IMG/VR virus record: IMGVR_UViG_3300045988_118025
Coordinates: 3,783-67,782 of that record
Length of the DNA: 64,000 bases
Source of the DNA: a virus
Reading direction: 5' to 3' (one strand)
Positions within the stretch are counted from its first letter, which is position 1; each line of letters begins with the position of its first letter. Below are positions 56,436 to 64,000 of the stretch, piece by piece. The notes under the pieces were generated by a model, which saw only the letters and a program-made list of their open reading frames with translations, was not told the origin of the DNA and searched no databases. Position numbers and translations under genes: made by a program.

Positions 56436-58694
56436 TTATTTGCATTCTAATTTGTTAAGATCATCCAATTCAGACTTGCTTATGGTCATATCTTGCGTCA
56501 AGCCAGATATGTTTTGGTATGGAGCGTAATCGGTTTCTACTGTCTTAGCCTTCTGGGTAGAATCGTATTTCACCTCCGATTCGGTCCCTGTCAGATTTTG
56601 GTAGATAGAGCCGGAACTACTTTCGCTTACTTTAGACCATATCTTATTACCTACTCTTATAAAATTATCATAAATACCTTCGGCTGTTATAACACCATCT
56701 TGCTCTACGATATTAGGGCCCGATTTTTCTTTTAACAGATACGGGTGCCTGGTGTAAAAATAGTGTTCAAAATCATTCTCGGCATACGAAGGGTCATACC
56801 TATCCAAATAAAACAATTTTGATAAAAAAGGGTCGGTGCTGGTCATGCTATAATCAAACAACATCAACCTGTCTTTTCCAGATAAAGATAATTCTATTGA
56901 TTTCAAAATATCAGGATCATCAGAAATAAGACCCAAGGATGGACCAGATTTGAAGTCAAGATACTTATAGGCATTATCATATAATTTTGTTTTATGGAGT
57001 TTGTTGTCAAGGTAATATTGGTATAAATCGAATAAGGATAATGGGTTTTCGCTATCTTGTTTTTTGTTCATGTACCGACTAAATTCCCGATCCACATCCG
57101 CGTAAGAAACATCAAGTACCGCCGGGTGCCCAAACGCCATCCTGGTCATTATCATGTCCTCCGTGTTCTGAGAATCCATGAACGATCTGACGTATTTTTT
57201 AATGGAATCCATGAGCGTATTATTATCTACGTTCCGTACTTTCTCTTTATCCAAAACGCCGTTCTTAAAACAAGATTCAGGATATATTTTAGCAGGAAAG
57301 TGAGTTAGGTTGTGCTTGGCTAACACTGTTGATATTTGATACATCTCGTTAAGATCATCTTTGCTGATCCTTTGATATAGATTATCTCCTACCTTAAGCA
57401 ATGAATGTTTCTCAAATGCTTCTACTGGGTCTATATTTGATTCAGAATAAACGATATTCAAATTATCCATATACTCCGGCAATAATCCAAAATAATAGTC
57501 TGTACTATCACCAAGAACATCATCAATAGAAGATGCCAACGTAGGAGCATAATTTACATCATTGTGCCTGGCCACATAAATATCAAGATCCAGCATCAAA
57601 TTATCTATCTTATTCAAAGATTCTTCTGTGCCATCATAAGTTTCTGACGCCCCTATTATATCTATGCCAAACCACGTACAAGCCTCTTCTATATCCCATA
57701 TCATGCTTCTTAAATCAGATTCGGTGTCAGCGTTAGCCCTATTTAAATAAGCTGATATACGAGCTCTTAGGAACTCTATTTTGCCAGGATTGTAATAAGA
57801 CAGATCTTGTAGCTTAGACAAGGATCTTCTCTTGCCTTCTACCACATCATCCCCTTCTATGTTTATTACCGGAATCTTATTCGTAGATAAAAACTCATCA
57901 AACATAGATTCGGCAAATTCTTTATCAGAAACAAATTTCTCAACCAGTTCAGGATATGAGTTTCTCAACGATTCAAAAGCAGATGAAAATTCAGAAAATT
58001 TTTTTATGCCGGCTACTGTTTTACGCATAGCATAATAAAGCTCAGAAGGATTATATGGTACTTTTTTACCAAATTGGTTAAACACTCCCTCCTTGTAAAC
58101 AATAGGACCATACTGATAGTCAACAGACATAAAATAATTATCTTTTTCCCTATCATGTTCGTTATTGGAATAATCCAATAACTTCCTCATGGATGTCGAA
58201 ACTTCATTAAGAACAGAAGGATCAGATAAGATTCTACTTATCTCTGTTTCATTATACAAGCCTGATCTTCTTAAATTCTGCTCATTCAGTATCAAACTAC
58301 CATCTACATAAAAATAATGAAGAATGATGTTGGATAATGATGGTGCCGTATAAACACCATAGGTAGATAAAAGAAAATCTCTTACATCCTTAACATCCTG
58401 ATCCGTTAGAGGATCGGCAAAATAAGTTTGACGCTTCATATACGACAGCACGTCTTCTAAAAGAGGTTCACCATTGGAATCGGTATTAAACATCTCCCCT
58501 GGAGCCGGGTTATTCCAATGACCGTAATACGACAAAAAACCAGGAGTGTAAGCCTTAGCCCATACCTGAAGGGCCCGCTCGCTGTTTCCTAATAATTTTA
58601 AGGCACTTTCGTAAAGAACGGAAGGCTCCCCGTTAGGAGCCTTAACCCGTTTTATTTCATTTTCCTTTTTTTCTATCTGACATTTGACACCCAT
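56436..58694 (-). CDS. hypothetical large protein (752 aa), possible virion/structural component
   Basis: Uninterrupted 2.26-kb ORF in the - strand module. Confidence 0.65.
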   Translation of the reverse strand: MGVKCQIEKKENEIKRVKAPNGEPSVLYESALKLLGNSERALQVWAKAYTPGFLSYYGHWNNPAPGEMFNTDSNGEPLLEDVLSYMKRQTYFADPLTDQDVKDVRDFLLSTYGVYTAPSLSNIILHYFYVDGSLILNEQNLRRSGLYNETEISRILSDPSVLNEVSTSMRKLLDYSNNEHDREKDNYFMSVDYQYGPIVYKEGVFNQFGKKVPYNPSELYYAMRKTVAGIKKFSEFSSAFESLRNSYPELVEKFVSDKEFAESMFDEFLSTNKIPVINIEGDDVVEGKRRSLSKLQDLSYYNPGKIEFLRARISAYLNRANADTESDLRSMIWDIEEACTWFGIDIIGASETYDGTEESLNKIDNLMLDLDIYVARHNDVNYAPTLASSIDDVLGDSTDYYFGLLPEYMDNLNIVYSESNIDPVEAFEKHSLLKVGDNLYQRISKDDLNEMYQISTVLAKHNLTHFPAKIYPESCFKNGVLDKEKVRNVDNNTLMDSIKKYVRSFMDSQNTEDMIMTRMAFGHPAVLDVSYADVDREFSRYMNKKQDSENPLSLFDLYQYYLDNKLHKTKLYDNAYKYLDFKSGPSLGLISDDPDILKSIELSLSGKDRLMLFDYSMTSTDPFLSKLFYLDRYDPSYAENDFEHYFYTRHPYLLKEKSGPNIVEQDGVITAEGIYDNFIRVGNKIWSKVSESSSGSIYQNLTGTESEVKYDSTQKAKTVETDYAPYQNISGLTQDMTISKSELDDLNKLECK

Positions 58695-58720
58695 AATGAT
58701 TAACTTTTTTGCAAAGTTAA

Positions 58721-59260
58721 TTATAAAACCGACTTATACAATAACGGATCCCAAACTCCTTCTATATAAATCTCTGGAAAACTTAAACCGCCATCACGAA
58801 GAGTAGTAACTTTCAAACTGGGAATATTAAAAACAGTGCAAACATCACCAAACTCACGGCTCAACTTAATAGCATTTCCGCTGTTATCAGCTTCATAATA
58901 ACAATAACAATAATTTTCATTAATGTTTGGATCATATTCGTACCAATATGTTAGATCCTGTATATGATCTTCTATATTACCAATTTTATTTTCACCTAAT
59001 ATAAAAATACCATTATTACTATGGTGATAAACTATAGATTCATAACCACCATGATTCCAATCACTATTAAACATTATATAACTTTCTTCGGAATCATTAT
59101 CTTTTAATACAGGTCCTATATGTATATGAATTTTATTAAACTGACATACATAAGATCTTTTTCCTCCAAGCCTTTTTATATCCTCATTAGATAACTTATT
59201 ATAACATCCTCCCACGAAATTATCCGCAGCATTAAAAAATCTCCTTCTCATACTCAACAC
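58721..59260 (-). CDS. hypothetical protein
   Basis: 179-aa ORF overlapping the giant ORF's stop. Confidence 0.5.
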   Translation of the reverse strand: MLSMRRRFFNAADNFVGGCYNKLSNEDIKRLGGKRSYVCQFNKIHIHIGPVLKDNDSEESYIMFNSDWNHGGYESIVYHHSNNGIFILGENKIGNIEDHIQDLTYWYEYDPNINENYCYCYYEADNSGNAIKLSREFGDVCTVFNIPSLKVTTLRDGGLSFPEIYIEGVWDPLLYKSVL

Positions 59261-62200
59261 TCTTTATTTAACTCATTTATCGAATCCGAATTATCAGAAC
59301 CTTCTACAAGATTCTTATTCCTATCTATCTCTTCCTGGCTCATGTTGCTCATCATATTTTGTATTTTTCTACCAGATTGAGATAAAGAGCGGATGAATGC
59401 GCTGGAGCTTATCTTAACTCCAAGATCCGGTTTCGCCCTAAACGCTTCACCGGTACTGATATTATACAAATCATACACACCTGAGTTCATATAGAATTTA
59501 TATATCCAGTTTCCACCAGCTTTTTTGTACCCTAATTTGGTTAGCTCAGTTACACTCATACCAAATTTAATACCATTACGACCCATTATCTTCTCCGGTA
59601 TAGGCTCTACCTTAGCCGGAACAGATGTATATGCTTCATCACCGCCGTACAGGAAATAAGGGGTTGTTACCCTTGATATGTGAGTAAGCGGCTCTTCGGA
59701 TATACGAAGCTCATCTTTCTCAGCCTTAGATTCTTTCCTTGGATTGGATATTCTAATAAAAGGATCGTATGTCAAAAAGGTTAAGCCGTATTCTACTTTA
59801 TAACCCGACACGCCGTTAAGATCCCTTATAGCCTTAGTCGTATGCGAGTGATTGATGGTGTCTATACCATACCTTGATTCCATATCGGTCATAATACTAT
59901 TAACCTCATCTCCCTCTACATAAACCTCTTCTCCTTCCGGGATAGAGGTTATGCCGGCAGCCCTTCTAAGTAGCCATAAAGTAACTTCAGCAATGTCAGA
60001 GAACTTATCTCCGTTCTTCCTATAGTTATCTACTCTTCCTTCTTCAGATCCAGGTAATTCGACATTTCTTTCAACTTCGACATTTGTTCTGGATTGTCCT
60101 TTGCCTTCTCCATCTCCCTTTTTATCGCCATCTTCCTCAGTGCGTACTGCACCGCCTTCTGCACTTCCTTCTTTTCCATTATTTAAAATATTATCTGATT
60201 CTGACTCTATAGACTCCACAACAGCATCATACTCTGGAATGCCGCTAAGGAAATCTGCTACGTTATTCAAAAACTCTATTTTTTCCTCGTTTGTCATATC
60301 AAGGCTTTCCACGGGCCCCCATATGGCGGGCAAGTTGTTTGATTTTATTACAGTAGAAACATCTTCTATAGTTTGGTTGTCCACCGTAGGCAAAACTTTA
60401 GAAACCAAACTATTGATATCAGATTCCATTTTTTCTACTTCCTCTTTTGTGCCATATTCTTTTAGGGTATCCATGCCATTGACTCTAAGAGAATAATTCA
60501 AAGCCTTGCTTGGAACAAAATTAATATATTTCAAAAAGTTTTTCAACTCTGATATAATTTGTTCGTCAGATCTTGGCCCAACATAATCCTCGACTACCTG
60601 ATCTGTTTGAGAACGAAGCCAAGAAACGTATTCTTCTAAAGTCTTACCACCTTTACCGGAAGGAGTGGATATTTTATCACCTACTGTTCCTTTAGGTTCT
60701 AATCCCATTTCCTCCTTAAGACTTTTAGGATTACCTCTCTCACGAAGAAATCTCAAATCACCTCCTACAATCTTCCTTGCTATAAAATCAAAAATATTAG
60801 CATAAGGCGGCAATCCCTCTTTTTCTATATGAGATTCTATTTCGTTTAACATAAGAGAGAAGTTTTTCCTGGAGGTACGCTTCTTGCCAGGTAAAGACTG
60901 CGCATCTTGTGCCGCAGGAGCCGGCTGAGCTAATGGCGCCGGCTGAGTCTCCCGGGCAGCCCCTTCCTCTGGCATTTCCTCTTCATAAACTTCCACATCT
61001 TCTACCTTAGAAGTAACGGTCTTACCCTCATCAGAGAAAGGAAGATCATCCTCTATAAGCGATTTAGGCCTGGAAGATGATTTGCCAAACTGAATCCTGA
61101 TCTTAGGAGCGACAAACATCTCACCTTCGAAATCTATTCCAGATTCTACTTCAGACGTCACAATGTCTTTCACGCTCCTACTTCCATCTTCTACCCACTT
61201 AACAACATCAGGAACCGTAGATAATTTTTCTATAGCCTCACGAGCTTTTCTAAGCCCTGAAATAGGATTCAAATACGATACTTGATACGAAGCCGGATCA
61301 AGACCTAACTTGGTTAGATACGCATTAAGATCTTGTATGTCATCTTGACCCATCTGTAGCAATTCAGAATCACCAGATTCAAGCAGCATATCTATAAAAG
61401 ACATCCATTTCTGCCCTTCCTCTGATTCTACAGAACGTAGGCTAACTGGGAAAAGATAATTAAGACCGTTTTTACCTTTGATGACGACTACCGGAACTCT
61501 TACATTTTTGTAATTATTCCCCTTGTCATTTAATATAGAATAAGCAAATGGGAAGCCTGTGTATTTAGATCCGTTCTTAAGCACGACTTTGCCATTTAAG
61601 ACATACCCCACATCAGATACTTTTTCAGCTCCTTTTTCGGTAATAGGGAGATTTTCTACCTGACCATATCCTTGACCGTTTACTCTCATGTTAAACACCG
61701 GTCTTCCAGGAAGGGTCTGGGCAACAACATGCGTGCCGACGTTGATGGTGGCCGACCGGCCGGCATCCTTCTTCCACTTGTTAAAAGCCGTTCTTCTTAT
61801 TTTACTTATACCATCTATGCCACCCGTGTCAGCTTTAACAACAGAAACGAATCTGTTTCCACTCATGACCTTGATAACCATATTGGATACCAGCTTATTT
61901 TCAGCAGATTCTATTCTTTTTTTATCACCGGACTGAACAGCGTCATTGTATTCGGCAAAAAGAGACTGATTATAGGTATCATTTGCATCTATCTCAAGAT
62001 TAACCTTATCTCCTTTCTTCAAAGAAGATAATGCTTCCTGATCTATTTTATCTACCTCATTCTCTCCGAACCCAACACCTGTTCTGTACGGAACCAATTC
62101 ATCTGAATCAAGACGCTTATAAACCAAAGAATAGGAATTACCCACGTCCTGAATAGACACATCTGTGTAACGGTTGAGAACACGAGCCGATTCTTTGTCT

Positions 62201-63993
62201 ATAGACCATCTCGCATGATAAGGAAGTTCTATCACGGTAGCTGTTTCTCCACCTATGTTAAGGAAATACCTTTTAGTCCCATTAGCGTTCGTTTCAGAGC
62301 TTATTTGAATAGGAACCAATGATTTTATAGAAGATATAAATTTATCAGCTCTAAGACCCGCAATTTCATACCTTTCGTTGCCATCATTGGAGATTCTTCT
62401 TACCATCAACATCTCTGGATTCTGGGCACTATCTATGTTAGCTCCAGGTGTATTATCAGATTCGTCTAATTCATTTACAAGAGAATCTATATTAGCATCA
62501 TCCTCCCCAAAATTACTTAACGTAGATTCGGAAATACGACCTTTGTCAATAATCCTGTTTTGTTCAATATAAGGAAGGAGATCTGTGATGTTTCCAACCT
62601 GACCAAGATCTTCTATGGTAAATACCGAATCAGCAAGCTTATCTTCGTCAACCTTCTCCCCTTTATCCCGTCTGTTCATTATATCAACATACGAAGAAAT
62701 AGCATCATCAAGTTCCTTCCTTTGATCTGGTTCTAAATTGGATTTAGCCATATCAATAATAGCTTTATTATCCTCATACACAGATCGAGGTTCAGTAAGT
62801 CTCCTAACTTTATCTGATAAATCTTTTATCATCTTAGCCGGACTATCACCAAGATTTGATATATAATCATCAATATCCTGTTTATACTTTTCATATATCT
62901 CCTTCTCCCTTGGAGATAAAAGATCTTGATTACCTGTATATATCTTATCTACGATACGTTCTTTAACCTCTATAGGTGCAGACAAAAGATCTTCCATTGC
63001 CGACTCATAATCAAAATCAGACAATATATCTTCTTTCGGCTTCTGAGTTATACCATCGTTTAGATGACCAAATACTTTCATGGTAAATGCTTCATCTGAA
63101 TTTATTTCTCCATTATTCAGAAGCTCATCTATTTTTTCATCCAAACTGATATTATTATCCTCTGTCTGGTAAAAACGATCACTTTCTATAGATTTAGTAT
63201 TAGAAGATACCATATCATTTAAGAACTTAGAAAATAAAGAAAAATCATGTCTCATGAATTTCTTATCCTGTATGGAGTTCATAAATGACCGTAAAACCTT
63301 ATATTGGGTAATGGCTTGCTGGTATTTCACCACCATATTTCTTAAATCCTCTGCTTCTTTCTTTCCTTTATTATTCTCAATATAAGTACTTAAAGAAGCT
63401 ACAGAGTCATAAGCCTTCAATATATCTTCAGCAGTTATTGTTTCGGATTTAAACAACTCAAGAGCTAATACTCCAGGATCAAAAGAATAAAATACTTCTT
63501 TATAACTACTAAGAAGATCTTCTGACAACCTTCTATATTCCTTATTAAGATTATCGTATTTAATAGTTTTTTGTTTTATAGCCTCTGCTTCGGTATCATT
63601 GCCATCCTCTACTCTTCTCGGAGTTGTAGCCAACCTCTCTATTTCAGCATTCAGATCATTAATCTCATTACGCAATTCCCTTAACTGATTAGCTGTATCA
63701 AAAGCTTGACTTGATAATGAATAAAACGTATTTATATCATCAAACAAATTATTGTCATTTACATAATCAGCAATATCATTTGATGCTTCCATTGCCATAT
63801 CCTCTGCATCCAACCCCTTAAACACAGCATTAGCAACATTAGATCGATAAAGATCAGATGAAGTCTCAGCAGTAATAGCCTCAGCAAAAGAAGAAGCTTT
63901 TTTATAATTGGCTAACTTCTTATCAAAATCTTTTATAATATCTTCCTTGTATTTTTTAACAGTTTCTTCATCTACTTTCATTTCAGAAGCCAA
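59254..63993 (-). CDS. giant hypothetical protein (at least 1579 aa), probably 5'-partial at the window edge
   Basis: The frame stays open to the last base of the window (the ORF-track Met is a TTG). Pro/Ala-rich and Gly/Asp/Glu/Lys low-complexity linkers; no RNAP DxDGD motif seen. Confidence 0.7.
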   Translation of the reverse strand: MASEMKVDEETVKKYKEDIIKDFDKKLANYKKASSFAEAITAETSSDLYRSNVANAVFKGLDAEDMAMEASNDIADYVNDNNLFDDINTFYSLSSQAFDTANQLRELRNEINDLNAEIERLATTPRRVEDGNDTEAEAIKQKTIKYDNLNKEYRRLSEDLLSSYKEVFYSFDPGVLALELFKSETITAEDILKAYDSVASLSTYIENNKGKKEAEDLRNMVVKYQQAITQYKVLRSFMNSIQDKKFMRHDFSLFSKFLNDMVSSNTKSIESDRFYQTEDNNISLDEKIDELLNNGEINSDEAFTMKVFGHLNDGITQKPKEDILSDFDYESAMEDLLSAPIEVKERIVDKIYTGNQDLLSPREKEIYEKYKQDIDDYISNLGDSPAKMIKDLSDKVRRLTEPRSVYEDNKAIIDMAKSNLEPDQRKELDDAISSYVDIMNRRDKGEKVDEDKLADSVFTIEDLGQVGNITDLLPYIEQNRIIDKGRISESTLSNFGEDDANIDSLVNELDESDNTPGANIDSAQNPEMLMVRRISNDGNERYEIAGLRADKFISSIKSLVPIQISSETNANGTKRYFLNIGGETATVIELPYHARWSIDKESARVLNRYTDVSIQDVGNSYSLVYKRLDSDELVPYRTGVGFGENEVDKIDQEALSSLKKGDKVNLEIDANDTYNQSLFAEYNDAVQSGDKKRIESAENKLVSNMVIKVMSGNRFVSVVKADTGGIDGISKIRRTAFNKWKKDAGRSATINVGTHVVAQTLPGRPVFNMRVNGQGYGQVENLPITEKGAEKVSDVGYVLNGKVVLKNGSKYTGFPFAYSILNDKGNNYKNVRVPVVVIKGKNGLNYLFPVSLRSVESEEGQKWMSFIDMLLESGDSELLQMGQDDIQDLNAYLTKLGLDPASYQVSYLNPISGLRKAREAIEKLSTVPDVVKWVEDGSRSVKDIVTSEVESGIDFEGEMFVAPKIRIQFGKSSSRPKSLIEDDLPFSDEGKTVTSKVEDVEVYEEEMPEEGAARETQPAPLAQPAPAAQDAQSLPGKKRTSRKNFSLMLNEIESHIEKEGLPPYANIFDFIARKIVGGDLRFLRERGNPKSLKEEMGLEPKGTVGDKISTPSGKGGKTLEEYVSWLRSQTDQVVEDYVGPRSDEQIISELKNFLKYINFVPSKALNYSLRVNGMDTLKEYGTKEEVEKMESDINSLVSKVLPTVDNQTIEDVSTVIKSNNLPAIWGPVESLDMTNEEKIEFLNNVADFLSGIPEYDAVVESIESESDNILNNGKEGSAEGGAVRTEEDGDKKGDGEGKGQSRTNVEVERNVELPGSEEGRVDNYRKNGDKFSDIAEVTLWLLRRAAGITSIPEGEEVYVEGDEVNSIMTDMESRYGIDTINHSHTTKAIRDLNGVSGYKVEYGLTFLTYDPFIRISNPRKESKAEKDELRISEEPLTHISRVTTPYFLYGGDEAYTSVPAKVEPIPEKIMGRNGIKFGMSVTELTKLGYKKAGGNWIYKFYMNSGVYDLYNISTGEAFRAKPDLGVKISSSAFIRSLSQSGRKIQNMMSNMSQEEIDRNKNLVEGSDNSDSINELNKEC

Positions 63994-64000
63994 CTCACTT

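Noticed and set aside
41930-63993. A crAss-like virion RNA polymerase (DxDGD/DFDID motif) in the giant ORFs
   Set aside because: I scanned the 2140-aa and 1579-aa translations and found no DxDGD-type catalytic motif. The only DGD-containing stretch (EEDGDKKGDGEG) is a low-complexity linker. An RNAP call is therefore not supported.
1-64000. tRNA genes, rRNA, CRISPR arrays, integrase or attachment sites
   Set aside because: I found no cloverleaf-compatible GTTCGAATC-type T-arm contexts, no repeat-spacer arrays, and no tyrosine or serine recombinase motifs. The one GGTTCGAG occurrence (around 27385) is inside a coding sequence and has no tRNA-like flanks.

Overview
The window looks like part of a large, AT-rich, tailed dsDNA phage genome, probably infecting a Bacteroidota host. 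The host call rests on Bacteroides-type TTTG-N19-TAnnTTTG promoter motifs, a DUF1566 domain and little reliance on Shine-Dalgarno sites. It shows a strict strand switch. Positions 1-41720 carry about 80 tightly packed, often ATGA-overlapping + strand genes; positions 41930-64000 carry - strand genes. The two blocks converge on a bidirectional hairpin terminator at 41758-41794.

The + strand block splits at a structured 344-bp non-coding region (23012-23355). Upstream of it are many small hypothetical early-type genes. Among them are a paralogous gene pair and a cluster made of a Pol-beta/CCA-adding-like nucleotidyltransferase, a DUF1566-domain protein and a small ABC ATPase. Downstream of it is a DNA replication/recombination block: a PD-(D/E)XK nuclease, a zinc-finger primase-like protein, a DnaB-family helicase, a Cas4-like Fe-S nuclease, an SF2 DEAD/DEAH helicase and a dATP/dGTP pyrophosphohydrolase-like protein. 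Inside this block sits an unexpected membrane module: an acyl-carrier-protein-like gene, an NfeD-like gene and a flotillin/SPFH gene. The flotillin gene is split by a +1 frameshift at an A6 run.

The - strand block holds two giant ORFs (2140 aa; at least 1579 aa, running off the window end), a 752-aa ORF and a string of small genes. These include a Gly/Asn/Gln/Cys-rich membrane protein and an Arg/Glu/Tyr low-complexity protein. Hairpin terminators and Bacteroides-type -7 boxes punctuate the block.

I could not identify a major capsid protein, portal, terminase, DNA polymerase or RNAP motif in this window. A crAss-like affiliation is therefore only a guess. I found no tRNA, rRNA or CRISPR array.
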